A DNA stretch of 64,000 nt from a virus. The notes beneath the pieces are model-generated. The model was given only the letters and a program-made list of their open reading frames with translations, was not told the DNA's origin and did no database searches. Location: the IMG/VR virus record IMGVR_UViG_3300022074_000027, positions 5,582 through 69,581 of that record. One strand, given 5' to 3'. Shown here in pieces: positions 37,237 to 46,836 of this stretch (positions within the stretch are counted from its first letter, which is position 1; each line of letters begins with the position of its first letter). The translations under genes were made by a program, and so were the position numbers.

Positions 37237-38239
37237 ATTTAAATTCTTTCATTGCAGCTTCATCTAATTGTTTCATAACCTCTTCAGTAAAGTACTTCTC
37301 TGGGTCATTGTTAATAGTTTTACCATATTGTTTTGTACCGTCTGGTAATTCAATACGAGTAGATACTTGTTTAAATATACCATACTTTACTGCAAGTTCA
37401 ATAAGTCCATAATACCTATCAAGTCCTTTATCATAAGTTAATCGTACATCTACCATTTTATTTTCAATTGTCAATCTTGACTTTTGATTTTTACAATGTA
37501 CAATATTACCAATCACTTCAGTACCATCTTTTTCTTTCTTCTTAGAAAGGTATACAATAGAAGATGCTGCATATTTAAGTCCAGAACCACCACCCATTTC
37601 TTTAGTAGGAAACATAGAACCAACAACATCATAAGTGTGATTAGTAACAATCATAGGAATTTTTGCACGACCAAGTTTCAAAGTCAATACACGAAATGCA
37701 GCTTTAAGAACTTGAGCACGAGTCATATCCCTCGTTTCTTTACCGTCAGCAGTATCCTCTACTTCTTTAGTGGTAGATAACATACCAAGTGAATCAAGAC
37801 ACAATAGAATAGGTTTTCTATCTGCTTCATTTTGGTCAAGATACTTTTCCATTACTTTGAGTGATTGAGTTCTAAACTCTTGTACAGTTGTAACTGGAAA
37901 GATAACCATTCTATTTGGGTCAATACCTCTATCAATTACCATTTGTTTAGTAATCGCACTTTCTGATTCAAAGTAAATAACTCCAGCTGTTGGGTCACTA
38001 TCTAAAAAGTTTTTGCAAATACCTTGAAGAAAGAAAGTTTTGCCTGTCGCAGATTCACCAGCGAGTGCAGTAATCTTATTACTTGGTAAACCACCAAAAA
38101 TAGAACCACTTAATAGTGCATTAAAAATATATGAACCAGTATCAATATAGGAATCTACGTCCCCTGCTTCTACACCATCTGCAACCAGACCAGCATATTC
38201 ATTACCAGCCTGTTTTGCAATATCTTTTAAAAAGTCCAT
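37211..38239 (-). CDS. uvsX: RecA-like recombinase UvsX
   Basis: [27 protein letters not shown]. Confidence 0.93.
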   Translation of the reverse strand: MDFLKDIAKQAGNEYAGLVADGVEAGDVDSYIDTGSYIFNALLSGSIFGGLPSNKITALAGESATGKTFFLQGICKNFLDSDPTAGVIYFESESAITKQMVIDRGIDPNRMVIFPVTTVQEFRTQSLKVMEKYLDQNEADRKPILLCLDSLGMLSTTKEVEDTADGKETRDMTRAQVLKAAFRVLTLKLGRAKIPMIVTNHTYDVVGSMFPTKEMGGGSGLKYAASSIVYLSKKKEKDGTEVIGNIVHCKNQKSRLTIENKMVDVRLTYDKGLDRYYGLIELAVKYGIFKQVSTRIELPDGTKQYGKTINNDPEKYFTEEVMKQLDEAAMKEFKYGNISELH

Positions 38240-38643
38240 TATATATCATCCTCATCTCTGTTATCAGAACGAAACTCATCAAATCCGCCTGGATATCTTT
38301 TTTCTAGTTTCGCAGTATTGATATCAATAAGTTCTTCAATATTAGTATCAAGTGCAAGACAGCCTTGTGCAATATACCACATTATATCACCTAGTTCACT
38401 TTTCAAATGTGTTACTGTGTCTTCATCCATTTCTTTACCTTGGAATATACACTTTTTAATAATTTCATTGAACTCTCCGACTTCACCAGAGAGTCCAATT
38501 CCAGATGTTAGTAACCTTGATGGGTCAACACCTTGTTCTTCGACTATCTCAACGGCATCAATAAAGTCATCTAAGTTTTTAGTTTGGTCACTAGAAACTT
38601 CATCAACAAACTCTTGATAGTCTGAAAGTAAATTTGTATCCAT
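38239..38643 (-). CDS. mazG: MazG-like nucleoside triphosphate pyrophosphohydrolase
   Basis: GLSGEVGEF...ELGDIMWY...[10 protein letters not shown]. Confidence 0.85.
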   Translation of the reverse strand: MDTNLLSDYQEFVDEVSSDQTKNLDDFIDAVEIVEEQGVDPSRLLTSGIGLSGEVGEFNEIIKKCIFQGKEMDEDTVTHLKSELGDIMWYIAQGCLALDTNIEELIDINTAKLEKRYPGGFDEFRSDNRDEDDI

Positions 38644-38664
38644 AATAAATCTCCAATTTTGTTA

Positions 38665-38693
38665 ATCATATACTATATGTATATGAAAGTCAA
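38665..38693 (-). promoter_or_regulatory. sigma70 promoter (no spacer palindrome)
   Basis: TTGACT-17-TATGAT upstream of mazG-uvsX-41. Confidence 0.7.
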
Positions 38694-38696
38694 GTA

Positions 38697-39671
38697 TTAC
38701 CCAAAAAAACTTTCTAAGTTATTTTCTTGTTCTTTTGCAACCTTACCAATAAGTCTTTCTGGTTTACCAGCTGAACCCAAAGTTGCTAAACGGTTATCAC
38801 AATATGCAGTAGTGGTATATCTTGTACCATTACCTTTAATATATGTTACACCATGAACCTCATTTGAGTCTGCAATAATTACTGAATTATCTGGAGCGTT
38901 GATTGCAATACCATATCTTGGAAAACAAAGATATGCACCCTCATAATCACCATCTCTAAAACAATTCATTGTTGTTAAACCAGCATCTAAATCACCACTA
39001 TCAACATGAGCAGACATTGCTTTAGACTGACCAATATGATACCTATTTGCAGAAAATGTTGTAAACATACCAACTCTATGTTCTTCTCTTACAAAAGTTT
39101 CAATCCACTTCTTTTGTTTTGCATAAACCTCTGGTAATGCTTTTTCAAATGCTTTCTGATTCCATTTAGATATTTCACTAAAGTTTTCCCACTTCTCTGG
39201 ATTTTCTTTACACCAACCAGCAGTACCAATCTTACCAGTAAATCTACCTCTTTTGTAACCAATCATAACAGAACTAATCTCATTACAGTATGCAATCTTT
39301 CCCCAATCTCCAGATTTAGTTTTCACATAATATGAGTTTGGAGTCCTTAGTTTATAATCAACACCCTCTTTCAAACCCTTTGCTTCCATTTCTTCTTTTA
39401 CAACTGGGCCAGCACAGTTTGCTCTCATAACAGAAACGTCAGAAATACTTTTCAACATTTCTTTTACTGAATCATCTGGGTAAACATTAGTTACAACTGC
39501 AGCTAATGGTGCATTATCTCCATCAATAGTTTTAAATGGTTTATATACTCTTACATCTTCATCTGTAACTGTTAACAATTCATCATATGAATCATCACCT
39601 AAAAACTTACCATTCCATTGTGCATAAGTTTCTTTTTTACCTAAGTCCTTCTTAGCTATATACGTTTGCAT
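38697..39671 (-). CDS. TET/JBP-like 2OG-Fe(II) dioxygenase
   Basis: FTTFSAN...SAHVDSGD...GAYLCFPRYGIAI...ADSNEVHGVT...RYT; overlaps a C5-MTase gene. Confidence 0.78.
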   Translation of the reverse strand: MQTYIAKKDLGKKETYAQWNGKFLGDDSYDELLTVTDEDVRVYKPFKTIDGDNAPLAAVVTNVYPDDSVKEMLKSISDVSVMRANCAGPVVKEEMEAKGLKEGVDYKLRTPNSYYVKTKSGDWGKIAYCNEISSVMIGYKRGRFTGKIGTAGWCKENPEKWENFSEISKWNQKAFEKALPEVYAKQKKWIETFVREEHRVGMFTTFSANRYHIGQSKAMSAHVDSGDLDAGLTTMNCFRDGDYEGAYLCFPRYGIAINAPDNSVIIADSNEVHGVTYIKGNGTRYTTTAYCDNRLATLGSAGKPERLIGKVAKEQENNLESFFG

Positions 39672-40866
39672 TTTTAGTCTCCTTATATGGTTTTAGTATA
39701 TTATTATAAATGTTGTTTGATAAGTAGTGCATACAAAGTGGTGCAACCATCAATCCTATTCGTGCAAGATTTTCATTTAGTTTACCAGTAAGTTTATAAT
39801 CTTCTGGAAGTGTCATAATCCTTGCAGCCTCAAGTGTAGTATAAACTCTATCTTCCTCTGGATGTAAATGAACACCAAGTGAAGTTTGTAAACCTTGTTC
39901 AGACAAAGTATGACTTGGTTGATTCCAAGGTACTCTTCTTGATTGATAGAAACTATTTTTTCTCTCTGGTAACACTTTACCTCTTTTCTTTCTATGTTCA
40001 ATCCACTTGTCAAACCAAGGGGTCACTACATCATCTCCAACTGAAACGACTTTATCTGGATTCTTTGGTAATCGTTTCATCCACTTATATTTAGCGCTTT
40101 TCTCCATAGCCATTCTTAAATCATATGCTTCAGACATATTTTGGTTTGTCTTTTGCAAATCATTAATTGCATCATGTATAGTATGAACATCTGTATCTGG
40201 CTCTGGATAAACAGTACTATCTAAACACATAAACGGTAATCCTATATCATCCATAACATCATTACGAACTGATACAATAAACACTCTTTCTCTTTTTTGT
40301 GGAACACCATAGTATTGACCTTTCATAACTCTAAACACAGTTGTGTATCCACACTTTTCAAAGTCATTTACCATTCTTTGTAAATGTTCTTTTGCATATG
40401 TCATTGTAAGACCTTTTACATTTTCACACACAACTACTTTAGGTTTTAATTCGTTTGTAATACGAATCTGTTCCCAAGTCAAATCTTCAATATTCTTTTG
40501 TTTAACACCATATGCAGTTTTCTCTTTACCCCAACCTGCTTGTTTAGTACCAGACATTGAAAATGGTGGACAAGGTGGAGAACCATCAAGTATGTCTAAC
40601 TCTCCAACTTTAAGACCAGTAAGTTCCATAATCTGTTTACCAGTAACATTTCTTATATCACCACATATGTTTGGTGTTCCTGGCCAGTTCGCAAGATAAT
40701 CTTGCATTGCAACTTTCTGAAACTCATTTACAAATAAACATTGTCCACCAGATAGTTTATAACCACTAGATGAACCACCACCACCAGAAAAAAAAGAAAT
40801 ATAAGTAAACAGTTTTCTATCTGCTGACTTTTGTAAATCATCTAGTGTATAACGAAAATATCTCAC
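39652..40866 (-). CDS. DNA cytosine-C5 methyltransferase
   Basis: FSGGGG (motif I), GSPPCPPFS (IV), ENV (VI), PQKRERVF (VIII). Confidence 0.93.
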   Translation of the reverse strand: MRYFRYTLDDLQKSADRKLFTYISFFSGGGGSSSGYKLSGGQCLFVNEFQKVAMQDYLANWPGTPNICGDIRNVTGKQIMELTGLKVGELDILDGSPPCPPFSMSGTKQAGWGKEKTAYGVKQKNIEDLTWEQIRITNELKPKVVVCENVKGLTMTYAKEHLQRMVNDFEKCGYTTVFRVMKGQYYGVPQKRERVFIVSVRNDVMDDIGLPFMCLDSTVYPEPDTDVHTIHDAINDLQKTNQNMSEAYDLRMAMEKSAKYKWMKRLPKNPDKVVSVGDDVVTPWFDKWIEHRKKRGKVLPERKNSFYQSRRVPWNQPSHTLSEQGLQTSLGVHLHPEEDRVYTTLEAARIMTLPEDYKLTGKLNENLARIGLMVAPLCMHYLSNNIYNNILKPYKETKNANVYS

Positions 40867-43358
40867 CCAAAAAAATCCTCTAAAGTTGTTTGTGTTCCAA
40901 ATGACCTATCAATCTTCCAATCAATGATATTGGTAATGAATGATAATGGTTCAATAAAACTTTTGATATACATTACATCATAGTCTATAAATCGGTGAAT
41001 GTCAAGTTCATCTGGAAATTTACCAATAAAAGATATAACATTAGAACCTAATGAATTAGGTTGTCGTAGTTCAAGGAATTTAATCTTATCACCTTCCATG
41101 ATAGTTTGATATTTATTGGTTAGACCTTTTTCTTTTATCATGTGATTGAAAAGTAAACTTCCTTTTATGTGCATGGGTGTGCCTTTGACAAATATTGAGG
41201 AACTAGAACCAAACTTTTTAAGTCCATTACAAGAACGAGGGTATGCAATCTCTTCTGGCGAAAGTTTTGTAAATTCATCACGAAAAGAAATAAGGAAATC
41301 ATTGAGTTGTTTTTCACCACCTTCCATAATAATTTGTAATGCTTCCTTAATCTTTGCACGACATGGTGCAGGCGTACTTGATTTAACTGCTTCAATTCCC
41401 ATTACCTTGAGTTGAGGTTCTTTGTATCGTACACCCTCAACATCCCATGCATTAAGAATGTATCTTTTCTTTGCAGTCCAAATACCTTTGTCTGCAATTA
41501 CTTCTCTTTTCATTTGCATCTTTTGGTCATATGCAGACATCATATTAGCAAGAGTCTGATAACTCTTGTCAATAAAAGGTTCAATCTTCTCTGTAGCAAT
41601 AGTGTCCAAGAAGTTGACAATCTTCTGTACATCTCTTCCTTCTTTAAACACACGATTAACCAATCTGTCAAAAGTAACGTATATCGAATCTGTATCACTT
41701 GCAATAACGTAATCTTCATTTGTAGTTTCCAGTAATTTATTAAGATATTCATTTATCTTCTTTTCAATCCAACGAATAGACAGTTGACCAGCTGTAGTAA
41801 TACCCTCTGCAATTGCAAGGTCATAGTAACGAAAGTATTGATTACCAATTGCACCATAAGCAGAGTTAAGTGAAATCTTTCGTGCCATCTGAATATTGTT
41901 ATAACGACTAATGTACTTTAAGTATTTAGCATCTTTCGTATCTTCATAATCTTGTTTTGCCTTCAACATCTTTTTCTTATAAACAGTACGGTCATTATAT
42001 ATTTCTTGCATCATCTCTGGTAAGAAACCTTTTATATCTTTACGATACAATGCACCATTTGGTGTAATTGTAGTATTATCAGGCAGATTAAAATCAACAC
42101 CTTTTAATATACTATCAACTTTCAAACCTTTGATAAAATCACCAGACACAAGTGTTTCTGGTGAAAGATTATATTGCATAATCAAATGTGGATATAGTGA
42201 ATTCAAATCAAAAGACATTACCCACTTGTGCATACCAACTTGTGGTTCTTTAACATATGCACCCTCATACTTCTCTGCTTTTGAATGATATGATTTTTGT
42301 GGAATAACAATATTCTTTTTCTTTAAATAATTGTGTATCAGAACATCCCAATACTTAACTTGACCGAATACATCTTCATAATTAACTTTCGCTTCATATG
42401 CCATTGTAAGACAAAGTTCTAATAACTTCATCTTATCTTCAAGACGGTCAACAAGTTCAACGTCAACAATATTATATTCTAAGAAAGACTGATAATCTTT
42501 TGTATACCAATCTTTGAAAGTATCATATGGATTATCATTTTTCTTTTGACCAAGTTCAACAAATGCAATATGATTAAGTGCATAACTCTCTTGGTTTGTG
42601 TAAGTAAACTTGCGATAAAGTTGTAGGTAATCAAGATTTGCAACACCAGTAATATCATATACTTGTTGATTTCTACCATGTGAAAATACTGTTCTTGTAC
42701 TAATTAAACCCCAAGGTGAAAACTCTTTTGCTCTATCTTCACCAAGAACTTTGGTAACACGATTGATAAGATATGGAATATCAAAGAATTCAGTATTCCA
42801 ACCAGTAACAACGTCTGGATAGTTTCTTGTCCAAAAGTTCATAAACTCTGCAAGGAGTTGATTCTCATTAGAACAGTTAATGTAAGTTATATCATCTCTA
42901 TCATTTTTGAAATCACCAAGACCCCAGACAACTAACTTTTTAGTAGTTTGGTTTTTAATGGTAATTGATAACATCTCTTCATTTGCAAGTTGTGGGTCTG
43001 GAAACCCATTGTCAGCTCGTGTTTCAATATCAATTGTAACTGTTAGTATTTTATCACTATCCCAATCAACTGAATTAGGATATGATTCTGAAAGGTATGT
43101 GTATGCGAACCTATCTAATCCAAAGACTAGATGGGGTTGTTGTTTGTATTGTTCTAAGAACTTCTTTGCATCTTTAATGGTATCATGCTTATAAGGCATT
43201 ACATATTTACCATCAAGGGTTTTGAAGTCTGTTTCTTTCTGAACTGGAACGTATAAAGTGGGAGAGTACTTCACTTTACGATTTACTCTCTCACCGTTTT
43301 TGTATTCACGAACCAAAATATGATTGCCCCAAGGGGCTACGTTTGTATAAAAATTCAT
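40863..43358 (-). CDS. 43: family B DNA polymerase gp43
   Basis: DIET exo I, FDLNSLYPH, KISLNSAYG, SDTDS, KKRY. Confidence 0.97.
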   Translation of the reverse strand: MNFYTNVAPWGNHILVREYKNGERVNRKVKYSPTLYVPVQKETDFKTLDGKYVMPYKHDTIKDAKKFLEQYKQQPHLVFGLDRFAYTYLSESYPNSVDWDSDKILTVTIDIETRADNGFPDPQLANEEMLSITIKNQTTKKLVVWGLGDFKNDRDDITYINCSNENQLLAEFMNFWTRNYPDVVTGWNTEFFDIPYLINRVTKVLGEDRAKEFSPWGLISTRTVFSHGRNQQVYDITGVANLDYLQLYRKFTYTNQESYALNHIAFVELGQKKNDNPYDTFKDWYTKDYQSFLEYNIVDVELVDRLEDKMKLLELCLTMAYEAKVNYEDVFGQVKYWDVLIHNYLKKKNIVIPQKSYHSKAEKYEGAYVKEPQVGMHKWVMSFDLNSLYPHLIMQYNLSPETLVSGDFIKGLKVDSILKGVDFNLPDNTTITPNGALYRKDIKGFLPEMMQEIYNDRTVYKKKMLKAKQDYEDTKDAKYLKYISRYNNIQMARKISLNSAYGAIGNQYFRYYDLAIAEGITTAGQLSIRWIEKKINEYLNKLLETTNEDYVIASDTDSIYVTFDRLVNRVFKEGRDVQKIVNFLDTIATEKIEPFIDKSYQTLANMMSAYDQKMQMKREVIADKGIWTAKKRYILNAWDVEGVRYKEPQLKVMGIEAVKSSTPAPCRAKIKEALQIIMEGGEKQLNDFLISFRDEFTKLSPEEIAYPRSCNGLKKFGSSSSIFVKGTPMHIKGSLLFNHMIKEKGLTNKYQTIMEGDKIKFLELRQPNSLGSNVISFIGKFPDELDIHRFIDYDVMYIKSFIEPLSFITNIIDWKIDRSFGTQTTLEDFFG

Positions 43359-43364
43359 AATATA

Positions 43365-43393
43365 GTTATACCACCTTAGTAGTAAAAAGTCAA
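43365..43393 (-). promoter_or_regulatory. sigma70 promoter of gp43 (probably leaderless mRNA)
   Basis: TTGACT-17-TATAAC with TG extension; ATG begins 7 nt after the -10 box. Confidence 0.7.
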
Positions 43394-43400
43394 GTCGTTA

Positions 43401-43625
43401 TTAACCACCAATTATATTTGGGTCAAATTTACTTCTGAGTGTTTCTAGTTTATCTTCGTAATCTGCTACCATACCAAGATTCTTGTCTAGTTCTTCCATC
43501 AAATCTCCGTGTTCACCAATCGCCACTGGATTTGAAAGATACACTTCAACATTTGCACTATGGTATGCAATCTTACCTTTAAGATATTCTTCTAAAGCAT
43601 TATACATAATTACTCTACTTGCCAT
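43401..43625 (-). CDS. conserved hypothetical protein
   Basis: HSANVEVYLSNPVAIGEH. Confidence 0.7.
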   Translation of the reverse strand: MASRVIMYNALEEYLKGKIAYHSANVEVYLSNPVAIGEHGDLMEELDKNLGMVADYEDKLETLRSKFDPNIIGG

Positions 43626-43628
43626 TCG

Positions 43629-44036
43629 CTACTCCTCTTTCTTTTTTCCAATATTATATTTTGTTTCTAGTTTCCAATTTTCTTTATCTTTAAAACTGAT
43701 AACTTTAATTTGCGATAAAGGTGCAGCTTCTACTTCACTTTCCTTTACCACTTTTACTAATCCCCAATCTGATAATAGATTAGAAATAGTATTTCTTCTT
43801 GCAATATCATTCTCTGATAAGTTTGTATCCTTACCATCTAATGCAAATAATTCTTTGAAATGTACGATATAATATTTACCTTGCTTGTGCAATATATGAC
43901 AAGACTGAAATAGTGTTTTTTCTTTTCTTGAAGCGACACCAATACGAGAGAGGGTTTCACGAACCTTGAGAAAGTCATCTGGTTCTTTAAGAGCAACTTC
44001 TAACATATTGTCTGGCTTCCACGATACTTCATTCAT
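43629..44036 (-). CDS. regA: translational repressor RegA
   Basis: PDDFLKVRETLSRIGVAS...CHILHKQGKYYIVHFKELF. Confidence 0.95.
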   Translation of the reverse strand: MNEVSWKPDNMLEVALKEPDDFLKVRETLSRIGVASRKEKTLFQSCHILHKQGKYYIVHFKELFALDGKDTNLSENDIARRNTISNLLSDWGLVKVVKESEVEAAPLSQIKVISFKDKENWKLETKYNIGKKKEE

Positions 44037-44428
44037 TTTTTTCCACCTTTATTCAATTTATCTTTGATGGTGGCGATTTGTTCGTCAGTAAGTATGTTTA
44101 GTGCTGTTCTTGCTTTTTCATTGTTATAACCAAAGAATTCTTTGACATACTCTAGATTTTTTTCTTTACTCGCCTTCATCCAAGAAGCGTATCTTTTTTG
44201 CTTCTTTAGACTATTTAGTAAAAAATCATATTGTAACTTATTATCTAAATGACAATGTTTATTCATCTCATTTATCAACATAATAGTATCATTAAATGGT
44301 GCAAGACATTTATTGATTATAAATGCTGGATACTTTTTCTCATATAGAGGGTCATCACCGTCCATGAGATTATTTTTATCTTCATTAATTGATTTTAGGT
44401 ATTGTTTAAGTTCATACATTACCACCAC
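44033..44428 (-). CDS. 62: clamp loader small subunit gp62
   Basis: YPAFIINKCL...QYDFLLNSL...YNNEKA; gene order. Confidence 0.88.
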   Translation of the reverse strand: MVVMYELKQYLKSINEDKNNLMDGDDPLYEKKYPAFIINKCLAPFNDTIMLINEMNKHCHLDNKLQYDFLLNSLKKQKRYASWMKASKEKNLEYVKEFFGYNNEKARTALNILTDEQIATIKDKLNKGGKK

Positions 44429-44625
44429 CCCATAACTCTACCATTACCAGTAATAATCATTAAACAAGTAATAATATGTAATAAGAACCAAGGAGTCCTC
44501 ATTATCAAGTGTATGTGGTCATCTTTCTTGTCATCATCATATGCATGACTACCCATGGCTTTACACCAGTATTTCCAAAGATTGTTCATTTGAATTGACA
44601 GTTCTGCATAAGTTCTGTCATACAC
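44419..44625 (-). CDS. small membrane protein (start probably MNNLWK)
   Basis: WKYWCKAMG...HIITCLMII. Confidence 0.55.
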   Translation of the reverse strand: MYDRTYAELSIQMNNLWKYWCKAMGSHAYDDDKKDDHIHLIMRTPWFLLHIITCLMIITGNGRVMGWW

Positions 44626-45521
44626 GCAAGAAGATTTATTTCTTGGTCTGCGACAAAGGCGGATTTGTAACTGTAGTCAGCAAGTACAAGAACAGCATTG
44701 GGGATAGTGCGACCATCCAAATTATCATAAAGGGAATCGTAAATCCTACGATAAATACGGCTTGGGTCATTATCAAGGTTGTTGACAATCCATCTACGAA
44801 CATTGGTAAACTCTTTGTTTTTAAGAAATGATAACAGTTCTTTAACTGAGTCTTCAGATAAGTTAACCAGTATTCCAGCATCTATTTCCCCACTTGCACT
44901 ATACCTTTGCAATTCATTCAGAACTCTTCTCCAATCTGGAAAGAACTTTTGAATTAAACTTGCAACTACTTTTTTATTATAGTGTATTTGTTCATTATTT
45001 AGGATTACTTCACACCTATTCATGAAATCCATTGCAAGTTGAGGTTTTTCTCCAGCAGGAATACGAAACTCTACTGTAGAACATCTACTGTGTAGTGGTT
45101 CAATAATACGATTACGAAAGTTACAAGTAAGAATGAATCCACAATTCTTACTAAACTCTTCTATGAAACCACGAAGCGCTGGTTGTGTAGATTGTGGATT
45201 AAGATAATCTGCTTCATCAAGAATAACATATTTTCTTCCACCCTCTAAACTTACAGTAGATGCAAAGTTTTTGATTTTGTTTCTAAGTACATCAATACCA
45301 GATTCTTCAGAACCGTTAATCATCATGTAAGTACAACCAAGTTGTTCTAACATTGCTTTTGCAACTGTAGTTTTTCCACAACCAGCTGAACCAGACAGTA
45401 GTAGATTCGGTGATTCACCATTTTGTACAAACTTTTGGAAAGTTTTCTTCAATTCACTTGGAAGTATCGCATCCTCAATTGTGGTTGGACGATACTTCTC
45501 AACCCATAACATTTCATTCAT
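44586..45521 (-). CDS. 44: clamp loader large subunit gp44
   Basis: WVEKYRP, GSAGCGKT, DEAD, SRC. Confidence 0.95.
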   Translation of the reverse strand: MNEMLWVEKYRPTTIEDAILPSELKKTFQKFVQNGESPNLLLSGSAGCGKTTVAKAMLEQLGCTYMMINGSEESGIDVLRNKIKNFASTVSLEGGRKYVILDEADYLNPQSTQPALRGFIEEFSKNCGFILTCNFRNRIIEPLHSRCSTVEFRIPAGEKPQLAMDFMNRCEVILNNEQIHYNKKVVASLIQKFFPDWRRVLNELQRYSASGEIDAGILVNLSEDSVKELLSFLKNKEFTNVRRWIVNNLDNDPSRIYRRIYDSLYDNLDGRTIPNAVLVLADYSYKSAFVADQEINLLACMTELMQNCQFK

Positions 45522-45535
45522 AAAAAAGATTTTCC

Positions 45536-46192
45536 TTAAGCAGTTTCTAATGCGATAAAGTATTCAATGTTCTTACTAACATTTTTGAACTTTGAAATAC
45601 CTTTAGTAGATACTTCTACTTCATAGTCACCACTTAAAAGTTTTAGGTTTTCAACCTTAAAGAAAAACTTTTGATTTGGTGTTGCACCTTCTCCTACTTC
45701 AATGGAAAAATTATTTGATGTATCATTTTTTCTATCTGATACCCTAAGTAACATAATACCAACATCACCAGTATCAAGAACCATATCTGGTGCATTTAGA
45801 ACACTTGCAGCCTTCAATACTTTATTAAACGTATCTTTAGTTAGTGTAAAAGTTGCATCTGAAGTTGGAAAAGTTATATCAGATTTTGGGGTAGTTACTA
45901 CAGTAGGGTCACTATAGAAATATTTTAGAGATTGATTGCCTTCCCACATTCTAACACTATTCTCACCAAAATCTAATTCTGGGTCATTAAATAATGACAT
46001 TGCAGACAACCACTCATTTAAGTCATAAATTGCAAATTCAGTTTCAAACGTATCTGGTAGTTCTGCAATAGATACAATGTTCTTCATTGAACTCATTGTA
46101 GCAATTTTATTACCAGTATTTACTAAAAGATTGGAATTAATATTTGCATAATTTTTTAAGATTTCTCTTGTTTCATTCGATAGTTTCATCAC
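45536..46192 (-). CDS. 45: sliding clamp gp45
   Basis: MKLSNET...FAIYDLNE...YFIALE; gene order. Confidence 0.92.
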   Translation of the reverse strand: MMKLSNETREILKNYANINSNLLVNTGNKIATMSSMKNIVSIAELPDTFETEFAIYDLNEWLSAMSLFNDPELDFGENSVRMWEGNQSLKYFYSDPTVVTTPKSDITFPTSDATFTLTKDTFNKVLKAASVLNAPDMVLDTGDVGIMLLRVSDRKNDTSNNFSIEVGEGATPNQKFFFKVENLKLLSGDYEVEVSTKGISKFKNVSKNIEYFIALETA

Positions 46193-46230
46193 GAATCACT
46201 CCTATAATTAATTTAACATTACTATACAAT

Positions 46231-46261
46231 AAAAAGGGGGGAAAGTCAAGTCCCCCCTTTT
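46231..46261 (-). terminator. terminator after hsp20 overlapping the gp45 sigma70 promoter
   Basis: AAAGGGGGG...CCCCCCTTT hairpin whose loop contains TTGACT, with TATAGT downstream. Confidence 0.65.
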
Positions 46262-46272
46262 ACTTTGACAGA

Positions 46273-46728
46273 TTACTTAATAGTAATCATTTTTGGTTTT
46301 TTCTCTTCTGGTACGATTCTTTCAAGTTCGATAGTCAACATACCATTTTCGAGTTTTGCACCGTTTACAACGATATCATCTGCAAGGGTAAACTTTCTTG
46401 TAAAGTTTCTCTGTGAAATACCTTTGTAAAGAGTATACTCATCAGTTGCACCTTTATCTTTATCCTTAACTGATTTAACAGTAAGAGAACCCTCTGCAAC
46501 TTCAATTTCAATATCTTTCTTATCGAAACCAGCTAGTGCCATTTCAATTTCAAATTTGAAATCTTCTGTCTTTTGGATATTATAAGGTGGATAACCACTA
46601 CTTTCCATTTGGTGAGTTGCATAATCAAACAATCTATCAAATTGTCTGTCGAAACCTACGCTATATGGAATTAATGAGTTAGTATCAAACGCTTGAAGAG
46701 CGCTTTTTAAATTGCTAAGATTTGTCAT
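46273..46728 (-). CDS. hsp20: small heat-shock protein Hsp20 (IbpA-like)
   Basis: VGFD, YPPYNI, IEMALAGF, GISQRNFTRKFTL, NGML. Confidence 0.95.
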   Translation of the reverse strand: MTNLSNLKSALQAFDTNSLIPYSVGFDRQFDRLFDYATHQMESSGYPPYNIQKTEDFKFEIEMALAGFDKKDIEIEVAEGSLTVKSVKDKDKGATDEYTLYKGISQRNFTRKFTLADDIVVNGAKLENGMLTIELERIVPEEKKPKMITIK

Positions 46729-46784
46729 TTTATATCTCCTATGTTAGCAAGATTAAATTTGTAGACCCATTTTGGCATCTACAG
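46729..46784 (-). promoter_or_regulatory. ROSE-like RNA thermometer
   Basis: UCUUGCU-AACAU-AGGAGA hairpin with a bulged G over the SD, preceded by a UGUAGA/UCUACA hairpin. Confidence 0.68.
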
Positions 46785-46790
46785 TTATAT

Positions 46791-46817
46791 ATATGGGGAT
46801 TGAATCTTAGAAGTCAA
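46791..46817 (-). promoter_or_regulatory. RpoH (sigma32)-like promoter
   Basis: TTGACT-13-CCCCATAT upstream of hsp20. Confidence 0.6.
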
Positions 46818-46836
46818 CCCCCACACATAATTTTTT

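Noticed and set aside
43326-43337. GCCCC-TT-GGGGC hairpin near the gp43 start as an autoregulatory operator
   Set aside because: It is short, lies within codons Ala-Pro-Trp-Gly and can arise by chance; no supporting evidence
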